Notes under the pieces: model-generated | Database searches by the model: none | Told to the model about the DNA's origin: nothing | Seen by the model: only the letters and a program-made list of their open reading frames with translations | Shown here: positions 11,982-24,600 of the stretch, in pieces | How the letters are laid out: each line of letters starts with the position of its first letter | Numbering within the stretch: the first letter of the stretch is position 1 | Program-made: the position numbers and the translations under genes | Source: Octopus sinensis | Lineage: Eukaryota | Direction of reading: 5' to 3' | NCBI RefSeq assembly: GCF_006345805.1 | Contig: NC_043010.1 | Span: 66,154,001-66,218,000, forward strand | Length of the DNA: 64,000 bases

Positions 11982-13614
11982 CTGCAAGGAAAACAGTAAA
12001 ATGTTTATTTCTCTTTTAAAAGAGCCAGAAATCATATAACCAGAAATTTCTGGGGTTTTTTTAATAAATAAAAAAAAATTCCAAATTAGATTATAATTCA
12101 CTATTTAATACTTTTTTAAATTCAAAATGATTTCTTTTCATGATTTAAAATTTTTATAAACAGCAATAATTATAATATAAAGGTCTGGAGTATGTTGCAG
12201 TGAACACAATAATTTTCAGGACTTTTAATATGATCTTATAAGATGAAACATTTAATTGTTGTTAACAATACTTACATCATCTACACTATTCTTTTACTTG
12301 TTTCAGTCATTTGACTGTGGCCATGCTGGAGCACCGCCTTTTAGTCAAACAAATTGTCCCTAGGACTTATTCTTTGTAAGCCCAGTACTTATTTTATCGG
12401 ACTCTTTTGCCAAACCATTAAGTGACGGGGATGTAAACACAAAAGTAAGGTTAACTTTGACAAACAGTATATAGACAAAAAGTACATTGGTACCACAGAA
12501 AATGTAGCTAGTAAAAAGGAACTTTAGCTGTAGAAAGGGTCTCAAAGAACATGGGGAAAAGGGAAGACAAAAAAATGACTCATAGGTTGCTAGTGGATCA
12601 AGATATCAAGTTTACTTTAAACCAGAAACCTGTACTGAATGCTAGTAACAGAGAGGACTATCTGAAAGGCACCTACTTAAGAGCCACTTGGTGGTGTTAA
12701 GCCAGATTAAGGATTAACTGTCCACCACCCAAGGTCACATACAGTCCATTGGAAGGGGCTTTCAATCAAATTTCACTCTGGAATCAAAGTATGACCTAGA
12801 GCTAGGGTAAAAAAAACACTTGTTCAACATGCTGCACACTAGGGTTGAACACAGAACCTTGGAATTGAGAAGAGAACTCTTGAACCACATAGATATTTAA
12901 AAGCCATTTGAGGTCTTTGGAAGAAATAATTATTGAGTTATCAACAGTTTCATCAACATTTCTTTCATTTTACATCCTCTTTCTATGCTGGCATGGGTTA
13001 GATGAGTCGTCACAGTCCAAGTCAGTTCTTATTCAGTGTTACTGTCACTCTTCTCGATGAGTCAGAGGAATACAACTCACTCACAAGGTATGTTCTATTA
13101 TTGGCATGGTTTCTGTAGCTGGATGCCCTTCTAAACACCAATCAGTTTACAGTATGTGGTGGCTGCATTTGCTTATTGTGCCACCATCAGAGGTTACCAT
13201 GTCCTCAGTGAGATGAGACGAAAGAGTCTTCTAAAGCCTACATTGTCTCTGCTCATTTACTAACAACTTTACTAAGTGCATTGAGTGCATTTTATAATGG
13301 CACCAACACTAGTGAGGTTGTCTTGTACCCAGCAAGGCAAAAAAGTGCTCACTTACCTTACAGGGCCCCTCTATGGTCAGGGTAAAGTGCCCAACAGAAT
13401 GAAGAAAATACAAAAGTGACTGCACAAGACTCAGGTTAGAACTAAAATATTCTCCAGTTGTAAAGTGAAGACGTTCAGCTTTTGTGAAGTGGGTAACATG
13501 GGACAGCACGTAAAAGGATTAAATTGAGAGGTGATTTATTATCAAAAAGACTCAAGTTTGAATCACAGAGCTGATTGGAGTTAAGAGAATAATTTACTTT
13601 AAATCTTATCTTAC

Positions 13615-13750
13615 CTTGTCGACGGTGATATCTGCAACAGGTGGTGTTGGTAAAGATAACGGGTGTGTTCTTTCAGGAGATAAATTACAGCTGTTGGTTG
13701 GGCAGAGAACTTGATGGAATTTGCTCAGAAGAGAGGCCAACCGTGCATGA
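13615..13750 (-). CDS. HTT: HTT exon 33 in window (136 nt, phase 2 to 0)
   Basis: HARLASLLSKFHQVLCPTNSCNLSPERTHPLSLPTPPVADITVDK; ttcatag / gtaaga. Confidence 0.92.
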
Positions 13751-13923
13751 CTATGAAATGATAAAAGTTATAAGAAAGAGAAATGATGGTGAATGTTTAC
13801 AGACAGAATATTAAACACACACACACACATTCCTTCATGCATGTATAATATTCATCATCCAGATCGTTTAATGTCTGTTTTCCATGCTGGCATGGGTTGG
13901 ACGGTTTGACAGGCGGCGAGCTG

Positions 13924-14141
13924 GCAGAAACGTTAGCACGCCGGGCGAAATGCTTAGCGGTATTTCGTCTGCGTTACGTTGTGAGTTCAAATTTCGCTGA
14001 GGTCGACTTTGCCTTTCATCCTTTCGGGGTCGATAAATTAAGTACCAGTTACGCACTGGGGTCGATGTAATCGACTTAATACCTATGTCTGTCCTTGTTT
14101 GTCCGCTCTGTGTTTAGCCCCTTGTAGGTAATAAAGAAATA
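13924..14141 (+). mobile_element. SINE family B inserted into a family-C copy, 11-bp TSD
   Basis: TSD ggtttgacagg at 13913-13923 and 14142-14152. Confidence 0.88.
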
Positions 14142-14461
14142 GGTTTGACAGGAGCTGGCCAGACTCCAATTGTCTGTTTTGGCATGGTTTCCATGGCTGG
14201 AGGCCCTTGCTAACACCAACCACTTTCCAGAGTGTGCTGGGTCCTCTTAATGTGCTACCAGCACAGGTGCATTTACACAGCAGTGGTACGAGCACATTTT
14301 ACATGGCACTGATACCTGTAAAAGACAAGCTTGTATGTCTGGATGACTGTGATTTCACTTACCACACACACACATACACACACGATGGGCTTCTTTCAGT
14401 TGCTGTCTTCTGAATCCACTCACAAGACTTTGGTCAACCTGAGGCTATATTCTGACACCTA

Positions 14462-14848
14462 CCATATTCTGAGCTCCTTGTTTCCCTGGGCATGGATTCA
14501 CTGAAGCTCCGGCGTCTGGCGACGGACTTGGTAAACACCCACAAAGTTATCAACCACCTCACCAACAACAACACTGAACACCTTTTTGATCTCCATGTGT
14601 CTAACACACGTGGACATGCCTACAAAGTCAGAAAACAACACAGCTCCCATGACTTTCGGAAACATTTTTTCACGCTCAGAGTTGCTGAAGCATGGAATAA
14701 ACTGCCTGCGTTAGTTGTTGACTGCCATGACACAGCATCCTTTAAGGCCCTCATGCTTTCCGAAATCCGCCGAAACTACACCTGATTATATATACACTTT
14801 AGATGAGTTGTAGTGCACCTGAGCACTGTACACAATTATTATTATTAT
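14462..14848 (+). mobile_element. CR1/L2-group LINE 3' fragment (ORF2 C-terminus, 3' UTR, (att)n tail), inserted into a family-A copy
   Basis: LRRLATDL...NTRGHAYKVRK...RKHFFTLRVAEAWNKLP. Other copies at 21945-22114(-) and 22960-23183(-). Confidence 0.85.
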
Positions 14849-15052
14849 AAGACACTTTCCCAAGGTGTCACACAGTAGGACTGAACCTGGAACCATGTGG
14901 TTGGGATGCAAACTTCTTACCACACAGCCACAGACTCATACCAGATCATCATCCTTAAGAGACAAGTGAACAGAACCTAGCAGCCTCATTAAAGCATAAC
15001 TTCAACAACTACAGAATACAAACCAAGACTTGTTCAAGAAGAAAACACTTAC

Positions 15053-15129
15053 CGTTTAGCCAGTCCATTGTTTTTTATGAACTGCACTAGTTTCTCCAAG
15101 TCTTCTAATGGCAATTGGTTACTGCTTTC
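15053..15129 (-). CDS. HTT: HTT exon 32 in window (77 nt, phase 0 to 2)
   Basis: ESSNQLPLEDLEKLVQFIKNNGLAK(R); gttttag / gtaagt. Confidence 0.93.
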
Positions 15130-16012
15130 CTAAAACATAAATATGTACAAAGAATTACAAACAGAGAAGTATAATGAATTAGCTACTAAGACATCATCAT
15201 CATCATCATCATTTAGCGTCCATTTTCCATGCTAGCATGGGTTGGACGGTTCAACTGGGGTCTGTGAAGCCGGAAGGCTTCATCAGGCCCAGTCAGATCT
15301 GGCAGTGTTTCTACGGCTGGATGCCCTTCCTAACGCCAACCACTCCATGAGTGTAGTGGGTGCTTTTTACGTGCCACCTGCACAGGTGCCAGACAGAGCT
15401 GGCAAACGGCCACGAACGGATGGTACTTTTACGTGCCACCGGCACGGGGCCAGGCGAGGCTGGCAACGGACAGATGTAAATATATCCAGGCAAGTATGAG
15501 AAGCACCGATTTGAGATGGAGAGAAAAACCAATTTGTGATGGAGAGAAAAACCAATTTCACCAAGCCAACAAAGGAGTCTCAACTTCATCGCTTGGCTTA
15601 CCAAAAATAGCAGCCAAGTCTCCTTGTTGTCTTAAATACAGAAATACACCTTAGATAATGTAATTCAAGATTCTGCTAACCTAGCGGATTTAGAACCCCA
15701 GTGTTCCAAGAGTTGAGATGTGTTTTAACCCTTTTGATAGCAACTTGCCTTAAATTGACCCTGGTTTTAGGATACAAATTCCCTGCTTTAACCCTTTAGC
15801 ATTCAGATTTCTTCATCAAATGTAATGCTTATTTATTCACATTGTTTTGAATTAATCATGAATTATCTCGTAGCTTTATCTGTTAATCCAACTGGACTAA
15901 TTAAACTTTACGACATGATTCAGGATTGAATTTGGCTTTATTTTTCATTGCAGACTTACATCTGAGGCAGGACATCTCACTACCTCGAACGTTAGTAATG
16001 TAACCACTGTTA

Positions 16013-16244
16013 GGCAGCGAGCTAGCAGAAATGTTAGCACGCCAGGTGAAATGCTTAGTTGTATTTCGTCTGCCACTACGTTCTGAGTTCAAATTCCACC
16101 GAGGCCGATTTTGCTTTTCATCTTTTCGGGGTTGATTAAATAAGTACCAGTTACGCACTGGATTTGATGTAATCGACTTAATCCGTTTGTCTGTCCTTGT
16201 TTGGTCCCCTCTGTATGTAGCCCCTTGTGGGCAGTAAAGAAATA
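16013..16244 (+). mobile_element. SINE family B with 19-bp TSD
   Basis: TSD agtaatgtaaccactgtta at 15994-16012 and 16245-16263. Confidence 0.88.
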
Positions 16245-17055
16245 AGTAATGTAACCACTGTTAAGTGGCTGATAAATTACCTTGTGAAGGTTGAAATAGC
16301 AGAGCAAAATAGCAGAAACAATTTATAAGATCTCCACTTTCTTATCTTTACCTCCACCACTGCCACCACCACACTATCCAATCAGTATAATTATTGTTCC
16401 TTCACAAGATTGTACAAGACAAAATTATTGTATGAGACTAAAACCCTTCAAGGTGGTGCTCCAGCATGGCCACAGTCAAATGACTGAAACAAGTAAAAGA
16501 TAAAACATATTACTCTTTTACTTGTTTCAGTCATTTGACTGCGGCCATGCTGGAGCACCGCCTTTAATCGAGCAACTCGACCCCGGGACTTATTCTTTTG
16601 TAAGCCCAGTACTTATTCTGTCGGTCTCTTTTGCCGAACCGCTAAGTAACGGGGACATAAACACACCAGCATCGGTTGTCATGCAATGCTAGGGGGACAA
16701 ACACAGACACACAAACACATACATGCATATATATACATATATATGACGGGCTTCTTTCAGTTTCCGTCTACCAAATCCACTCACAAGGCTTTGGTCGGCC
16801 CGAGGCTATAGTAGAAGACACTTGCCTAAAGTGCCACGCAGTGGGACTGAACCCGGGACCATGTGATTGGTAAACAAGCTACTTACCATACATACACATA
16901 CACACATAATTGTCCAAGACGGTTCACAAAAGACTTCAAATGTATTGTCTTCTGGCCCCATGTATGCGTACCCATGTGCAAGTTCCCATGTCCTGTACTC
17001 ATGTTCGTGCATTACAGAGAAAAGAATCGATCATATCAGAGCAAGAAGAACTTAC

Positions 17056-17232
17056 TTCAACCACTTCTGCAAGAAGTGTCTCGAGTCTTCTGCAGGCAAT
17101 ACTGTCACAAATGCGGGCCACAGATAAATGGTGGGTGTGCAGGAATTTGTCAATTAGCAAAGTCAAAAGTGCACCGCTCTGGCTCAGATGAATCGCTTCT
17201 AAACACTGCAGAGTTTTCTTCACAAGAGATGG
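17056..17232 (-). CDS. HTT: HTT exon 31 in window (177 nt, phase 0 to 0)
   Basis: PSLVKKTLQCLEAIHLSQSGALLTLLIDKFL...IACRRLETLLAEVVE; tttgtag / gtaagt. Confidence 0.95.
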
Positions 17233-17329
17233 CTACAAATAAACAAATAAATAAATTAATATCATCATCATCATCATTATCATTATCATCATCTATCTGG
17301 GCTACGATTGTGGCCCATCACGCTTTATG

Positions 17330-17585
17330 TGTTCATCATCATCATCATTGGTCGACCGTGGTCGAGACAATGGAATTTACTATGTTGCGCCAGACTTCAC
17401 GGTCCATCATAGCATTACGGAGGTCCTGTTGCTGGATGCCTGTATCCCTGGAGATTACATCAGGGTAGGAGAGTGTGCGCCCTCTGGTGTTGCGAGTAGA
17501 TGGCTTCCAGAGGAGAAGAGTAGAAATTACTTCTTTTTCAGCTCTACAACAATGTCCAGCAAACTGGACTCTCCTACCTTTCACA
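17330..17585 (-). mobile_element. RTE-clade LINE 3' fragment with (tga)n tail
   Basis: RVQFAGHCCRA...LLLWKP...RGRTLSYPDVISRDTG...AMMDREVWRNIV. Confidence 0.8.
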
Positions 17586-17795
17586 AGAGATGACACAGGT
17601 GGTAATTTCCCATGAGAAAGTGAAAGTGACAAATTAACAGAAGGATTAAAACAGAGCACAGAATGCCTTGTGGTATTTGTTGCAGCCCTCCTGTACCTCT
17701 CACTATCAGAGCTGGCATCAAGAAGGAGACAGGAAAGGAGCACTGACATTGTAATCCTAACAAAACTTTCACCATCACACACATAGACACATATA

Positions 17796-18006
17796 CAGGG
17801 TGTCCCAGAAGTCGCGCACCATTCTGGTTTTTCATTAAAAATAATTAAAGCATTCTATTTTATTATATTTTTTCCAGCATGTTTTATTGTAGAGGGTGCT
17901 CAATTTGAGCATTTGTTATTATTAATTTCAATAACGCATTTTTGAAATCAGTAAGAGTGTATTCTTTTAAAAAACCACACTGGTGGGTGACTTCTGGGAC
18001 ACCCTG
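17796..18006. mobile_element. Tc1/mariner-type MITE: 18-bp perfect TIRs, TA TSD
   Basis: ta|cagggtgtcccagaagtc ... gacttctgggacaccctg|ta. Confidence 0.88.
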
Positions 18007-18171
18007 TATAAACACATGTATAAGTATATATATACATCTATACCCATACACATGCACACACAAAATTCTTGTACACATAGGCGCACACTCATATATGCAC
18101 ATACACACACACATACACACATTCTTCTTCTCGGCAAATAGAGTATTATTATTATTATAAAGCTATCTTAC

Positions 18172-18247
18172 CTTAGTCAAGTTCTCGAACCTGGAATGTA
18201 TAGCTTGGATGAAGAGGCCACTGGCGGCAGAGTTTCGGTGAATTGCA
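18172..18247 (-). CDS. HTT: HTT exon 30 in window (76 nt, phase 2 to 0)
   Basis: [25 protein letters not shown]; gtgcag / gtaaga. Confidence 0.95.
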
Positions 18248-18474
18248 CTGCACACAATATAAAATACAGGAGAATGGTAAATGGAAGAAATCAATTGCCA
18301 CACCTTAATTTTACTGATTCTGCCATTCATTTATCAATGATAACAGACATTAAATGACAATATATCCTTAATTCTCTTAAACCATGTCCCCATTTCTATT
18401 AATCTTATCTTTAATTCTATTCATTATGCCTCTAATTCTATTAATTATCCCCTTAATACTATTAATTATCCAAA

Positions 18475-19100
18475 GTGGCAAAAATGTTGGCACACCAGAC
18501 AAAACGCTTAGCAGTATTTTGTCTGTCTTTATGTTCTGAGTTCAAATTCCACCAAGGTTGACTTTGCCTTTCATCCTTTCAGGGTCGAAAAATTAAGTAC
18601 CAGTTGTGTACTGGGGTCGATTTAATCGACTGGCCCTCTCCTCCAAAATAATTTTGGGCCTGGTGCCCAGAGTAGAAAAGAATATTTTTAGAAAAGGCGG
18701 CGAGCTGGCAGACGCGTTAGCATTAGCACGCTAGGTGAAATGCCTAATGGTATTTCGTCTGCCGTTACATTCTGAGTTCAAATTCCGCCGAGGTCGACTT
18801 TGCCTTTCATCCTTTCGGGGTTGATAAATTAAGTACCAGTTACGCACTGGGGTCGATGTAATCGACTTAATCCCATTGTCTGTCCTTGTTTGTCTCCTCT
18901 ATGTTTAGCCCCATGTGGGCAATAAAGAAATAGGTATTTTGTCTGTCTTTACATTCTAAGTTCAAATTCCGCCAAGGTCGACTTTGCCTTTCATCCTTTC
19001 AGGGTCGATAAAGTAAGTACCAGTTGCATACTGGGGTCGATCTAATCGACTGGCTCCTCCCCAAAATTTCGGGCCTTGTGCCTAAAGTAGAAAAGAATAC
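18475..19100 (+). mobile_element. Cluster of three family-B copies with mixed B1/B2 tails
   Basis: Core gttcaaattccgcc.aggtcgactttgcctttcatcc repeated three times. Confidence 0.8.
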
Positions 19101-19306
19101 TATTAATTATGTCCTTAATTCTATTAATTATGTCCTTAAATTAACCATGTCCTAAATTCTATTAATTCTGTTCTTAAATCTTTTAATTCTGCCCTCAGTC
19201 ATGCTAAATAATATTGTTACTGACGACATGTAAGCTTTTACAGTGATAAAGATTTATAAAGGAATAAGAATAAATATAATTTTCGGTAAAGAATATTAAT
19301 TCTGAC

Positions 19307-19410
19307 CTGACTAAGTCTTGTACAGGAGATTCATGTGATAGTTCCACCAGATCGTTAACATGATTGATAATTAATTGAGTCATGTGTTCAGCATCTGTCA
19401 AGTTCTCACA
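19307..19410 (-). CDS. HTT: HTT exon 29 in window (104 nt, phase 0 to 2)
   Basis: [34 protein letters not shown](S); cttctag / gtcaga. Confidence 0.93.
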
Positions 19411-20842
19411 CTAGAAGAGATTCAATCGTTAATCATTAAGTAATTAGTTCAATCAAATCATGGAAAAGAGAGAGAAGATCAACAGAAATAGAAAATGTTG
19501 CAGCATAAAATAAAAGCGAGCGGCTTGAACGAAGCTCAAGGAGAAGGAGGAGTAAGGAGACATGATTAAGAAGTTCAGTTCACAATCACATGGTTCTATG
19601 TTCAATCCCACCCCATGGTACCTTGTCTGAGTGTCTTTTACCATAGTCTTGGGAGTGACATAGGCCAAATAGAAATTGTACAGAATCCAAAGGTAGCTTG
19701 TGTCTGTTTTAGGGTAATAGAGATAATTTTTTACCAGGTTCACACCAGCCCTTCACTCTTGAGTACCTTCAGTATAGCTCACTTTGCGGTAAGTATTTGA
19801 GTTAGGTTTCCAGTCTAAGAATAAGTCAATGCTTAGGTGTACTGTTTCTGACTTTTGCAACCTCCTCTTCATCATCATCATCATCATTTAATGTCCACTT
19901 TTCCATGTGATGAGATGAGACAAGAAGAGTGGAGAAGCCAGAATGGGACCAGAACAGGGGCAGAAAACAGAGCTGCTTGGAGATAACTGTGTTGTAGTTT
20001 TATGTGCCTCGTGGCATGGAGAGAACTAACAAACTAGCTAGCTTTCCATGCTTGCATGAGTCAGACACAATTCGTTGAGGCAGACTCTACAGTTGGGTAC
20101 CCTTCCTGTCACCAACCCTCGCCTGGTTTCAAGCAAGGTAATATTTCCACCATAGCCAGACATGTTTCGTATGGAAGACTGGAAATGAAATAACCTTGTG
20201 TAGGATGATGATGTTCATTTACAACTAACCACAGGATGTGTAGACAGAGGTACCCACAAATATATATATACACACACACTATATATTCATACATACATAT
20301 ATATATAATAGATTAATAAATAAAATAAAACATGTGCATATATACATACATATATGTACGTACCTACCTCTACATGTATATATACATGCATATATGGGTA
20401 CAGGACACCAAAAAAACGTCGAACACAATGAGAAACAAAAACATAAACACAAAACCAAGGAATTGGACATTTTTCTTAAACAACGAAAAAATAGAGTACA
20501 GGACATACAATACAAGGAAAATTCCCCTTCTTCAGTCGCCTTTGTTTTATCTACTCCGTGTTTCGAAGGTCAAGGCGAGACACGACTTTAATGAAACATT
20601 CCTTTCCGCAAAAAGCAAATTAAATAAAATTTGAGATTTTTTTGCAGAGGGGTAAAAATGGTAACAAAAACAGGACAGTAACGACAGTACAAAATATAAA
20701 CAGTAAAAGACAGGACAAGGAGAATAACAGTAACACAGACAAACACACACACACACACACATGAGATGGGTACTACAGTAATACACACACATACATATGC
20801 ACACATACAAAGAAAACTGAGCAAATCAAGAGTGAGACGCAC

Positions 20843-20945
20843 CACATAATCACAGAAGAGAACCAGCGCTCCACGTCGGACAATCTCAACATTGCAACTG
20901 TGAACTGGTGTTCTTGGAATGTCAGGCATTACTGACAGATGGTGG
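20843..20945 (-). CDS. HTT: HTT exon 28 in window (103 nt, phase 2 to 0)
   Basis: HHLSVMPDIPRTPVHSCNVEIVRRGALVLFCDYV; ttttcag / gtgcgt. Confidence 0.93.
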
Positions 20946-21119
20946 CTGAAAACAGAGAGCAAGAGAGAGAGATACAACCATCAATTAGGGGTAAATAAAG
21001 TCAAGGGTGGGTGCAGTGAGGTGTGGAAGGGGCTACAACTAATTATGCATGTTTTTTGACCTTTCTTTATTTATGGCTTATGAGGGTGTGCAGCCTATAA
21101 ATATATATATATCATATAT

Positions 21120-21505
21120 ACTAGCAGTATCGCCCGGCGTTGCTCGGGTTTGTAAGGGAAATAACTATATAAGCATTTTTAGAGAGTTATAGCCAAAAGA
21201 ATAGCCAAAAAATGCATTAAAAATGGGAAAAAAAATTATGGTAAATTTTTTTTTAAATCGTTGACTCATTGTAGACATTTTTAGAGAGTTACTTCCCTTA
21301 TATAATAGCGAAAAAATGCATTAAAATGGGAAAAAATGATGGTAAATTTTTTTTTAAATCATAGACTCATCATAGACGCGCGCTAATACCCAGAAAGGCT
21401 CAATATGAATCACGACTATAAGATACTGCACCGCAAAATGTGGGAGTAGTTAGGAATCTAAATCGTAGGAGACAGACACACAACTTGACTTTTATATATA
21501 AAGAT
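21120..21505 (+). mobile_element. Non-autonomous Helentron/HINE-like element
   Basis: actagcagtatcgcccggcgttgctcggg ... acagacacacaacttgacttttatatataaagat. Confidence 0.65.
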
Positions 21506-21709
21506 ATCATATATATCTGTGTGTATAATGATATAAATGCAAAGAAGTATGAAAATAAGACACACACACATATATATATACATATATATATATATATATG
21601 ACAAATGAAAGACAGGAGATGGAATATACAAGAATTTATTATTAATCACGACAATTGCTTCAAAATTTTTATACAATCCATTGTTTGAGTAAAATAATTT
21701 ACAACTTAA

Positions 21710-21921
21710 CCCTTTCGTTACTGTATATACTTTGAGATGCTCTGTGTTTCTTTCAATTATTTTAAAATATGACAAAGAATTTAGTAAAATAACTTAGTTA
21801 TCATTCAGCTGGTGTTAGGAACATAAATTGTGACTAAGGTTTGGTGGAAGATTTTAATTCAAGACTTATGAAAACAAGACATTCGTACTACAGAGCCAGA
21901 GCCAGGTTAGTAACAAAAGGG
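21710..21921. mobile_element. piggyBac-like MITE with TTAA target duplication
   Basis: ttaa|ccctttcgttact ... agtaacaaaaggg|ttaa. Confidence 0.8.
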
Positions 21922-22557
21922 TTAAAATCTATATTAAATAATAATAATAATTGTGTACAGTGCTCAGGTGCACTACAACTCATCTAAAGTGTATATATAA
22001 TCAGGTGTAGTTTCGGCGGATTTCGGAAAGCATGAGGGCCTTAAAGGATGCAGTGTCATGGCAGTCAAGAACTGACGCAGGCAGTTTATTCCATGCTTCA
22101 GCAACTCTGAGCGTGAGTTAGTTTAGTTGTGATACCTCATTCACCATTAGGTGGGTGCTAGGCATAACTACTTAAAAAGGGGGTATTATGAAAAAAAAAA
22201 AAAAGGTTAAGAACCACTGGTTTAAATCAACATTCTGTATCATTCCTCTCTTACCTGGGTCTTGGACCCACCCACCACAACAAAATTGAGATCCTAAAAC
22301 CAAGGTGCTACATAAAAAGCATTGGTGTAGGTGTTGGTGCCACGTAAAAAAACACCCAGTACACTCTGTGGAGTGGTCGGTATTAAGAAGGGCACCCAGC
22401 TGTAAAAACCAAGCCAAAACAGATTATAGAACCTAGAGTGACTCCTGGCCTTGCTGGCTCCTATCAAGCTGTCCAACCCATGCCAGTAAGGAAAACAAAT
22501 GTCAAACGATGATGATGATGATGATGATGATGATGGTTATCTCCATGATTGTCTTAC

Positions 22558-22786
22558 CTGGGACTTGGAATAATGAATTTGTTTGGTGTCTGCATGATTG
22601 CGCTCCACCAGTGAGGATCGTAAGAGTTGAGCAAGATTAGAATGTTGCACCACTGCAGTGTGATCGTCGGGAAGCTGACCCCGAGGCACAAGAAACTTTG
22701 GTTTATCTCCTCGATACTGTACATGAAGGGCTCGACCTCTTCTTGGACAATTCCCATGGCAGCTGTTGCTACCCGTCTGAATAGAC
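22558..22786 (-). CDS. HTT: HTT exon 27 in window (229 nt, phase 1 to 2)
   Basis: LFRRVATAAM...FPTITLQWCNILILLNSYDPHWWSAIMQTPNKFIIPSP; tttccag / gtaaga. Confidence 0.94.
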
Positions 22787-22929
22787 CTGGAAACAATGAA
22801 ATAAGCCGTTTAAACCATTCAGCATTCAGATTACCATGTCAAATGTTCTGCTTATTTATTGACATTGTTTTGAATTAGTCATGCATTATCTTGTGGCTTT
22901 GAGATTTCAGTGATATGATTGTTTACTTT

Positions 22930-22966
<37 letters not shown>

Positions 22967-24077
22967 CATTGTGTACAGTGCTCAGGTGCACTACAACTCA
23001 TCTAAAGTGTATATATAATCAGGTGTAGTTTCGGCAGATTTCGGAAAGCATGAGGGCCTTAAAGGATGCAGTGTCATGGCAGTCAACAACTGTTGTTGGT
23101 GAGGTGGTTGATAACTTTGTGGGTGTTTACCAAGTCCGTCGCCAGACGCCGGAGTGAATCCATGCCCAGGGAAACAAGAATGACATTGCAGGGTAAGTGT
23201 GAGAGACCAGATTAGGCTGGTTTGAACATAAAACAGGTAGTATATTTGGACCAGATATGGCCAGTTTAAATGCAGTATATTACTGGTTGGAAGGTGCATG
23301 CTTTGGTGGTTAGGGTGTTAGGATCATAACGCTGTGGGTTCAATTCCTGCACAGAGCAATGGGTTGTGCCCTTGAGCAAAGCACTTCAGTTCAAGCTGCT
23401 CCAGTTTACTCAACTGAAAATGAAAACCAGCCATGTGCTGGTACAACCCAACTCCATCCCTTCAGTTGTCACATCCTGGATGTGCTACTGGGTCAAAAGA
23501 TGGGGGAGTTGAGAGTGTGCCTCTGTTTTGTGACTACACAGTCATCTAAAACAATTAGCAAACCATCGTAAATGACACCAGCCTTTCATGGGTGGTAGCT
23601 AAATCCTTATAAATTCTTTGCGTGCTCCAATCAACAGTGAACACTAAATATTCAGCAAATAGCATCTATGAAAGAGAATTTAGATTTAACCCTCATCCAA
23701 CAGATGAAAAAATAAATTCACACACACACCATCACATGCATACACACACACACACACAGACTAATCTGAACTTTTGACATGGTCATTGATGTGGTCACTT
23801 TCCATATCACCTCATGCATACACACACTACAGTCCCATACAAACACACTTTACACTAACACATTAGCTTTTACACACACAAGCATTTACGGCTCTATCAA
23901 ACCCATACACATTAACCCATGCTACCACACGCATTTGTTACAACACACAAACACAGTAACCAAAATTACCACACATGTATTACACACACACACACACATA
24001 CACATCACACACACACACTAGTTATTTGTCTGTCTCACTGCAGTTATGTTTAGAACGAAGAGGCACAAAGCACCTAC

Positions 24078-24226
24078 CTGACTGAAACATATGAGTCACA
24101 AACAACAGCAAATGGGACAACTGTTGGCAAAGGAAGTCTATATTCTGGCCGCCTTCAAGGAATGTAAGATTGCTAACTTTCTGGCTGATAGTATCAGCAA
24201 CAAGACCAGCAACTTGAAACAGGAAC
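24078..24226 (-). CDS. HTT: HTT exon 26 in window (149 nt, phase 2 to 1)
   Basis: FLFQVAGLVADTISQKVSNLTFLEGGQNIDFLCQQLSHLLLFVTHMFQS(G); tttccag / gtaggt. Confidence 0.94.
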
Positions 24227-24600
24227 CTGGAAAATAAGTCAAATATAAAAATTACATAAACGAAATGATGACTTCTTACTAAGACATAAAGGGCTGGTGT
24301 CTGTGTGTGTGGGAGGTAGAGATTAATGGATAGAGCTAACTTCAGTATATCAACATGTTAACCGCCACCTGTGTCACTGGTAGTTCATTGCTTAACTTCA
24401 CACAACAGCCACTAATGTGGTTAACATGGTGGTTAACATGTTAATGTCAATTTAGTGAAGCCTTTGGGGAAAGCACTACATGGTTGTTGACCTACTAAAC
24501 ATAGTAGCCAAACATCCACCAAGTTATGTTATTAACCCTTTTGTTACTGTATTTATTTTGGGATGCTCTTTGTTTCTTCCAACTAATTTTAAATATAACA

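Noticed and set aside
15265-15290. CUGAUGA plus hairpin on the minus strand within family C
   Set aside because: No GAAA follows the stem; chance match.
24349-24445. 19-bp inverted termini around a ~60-bp interior
   Set aside because: Single copy, two mismatches and no clear TSD; not enough to call a MITE.
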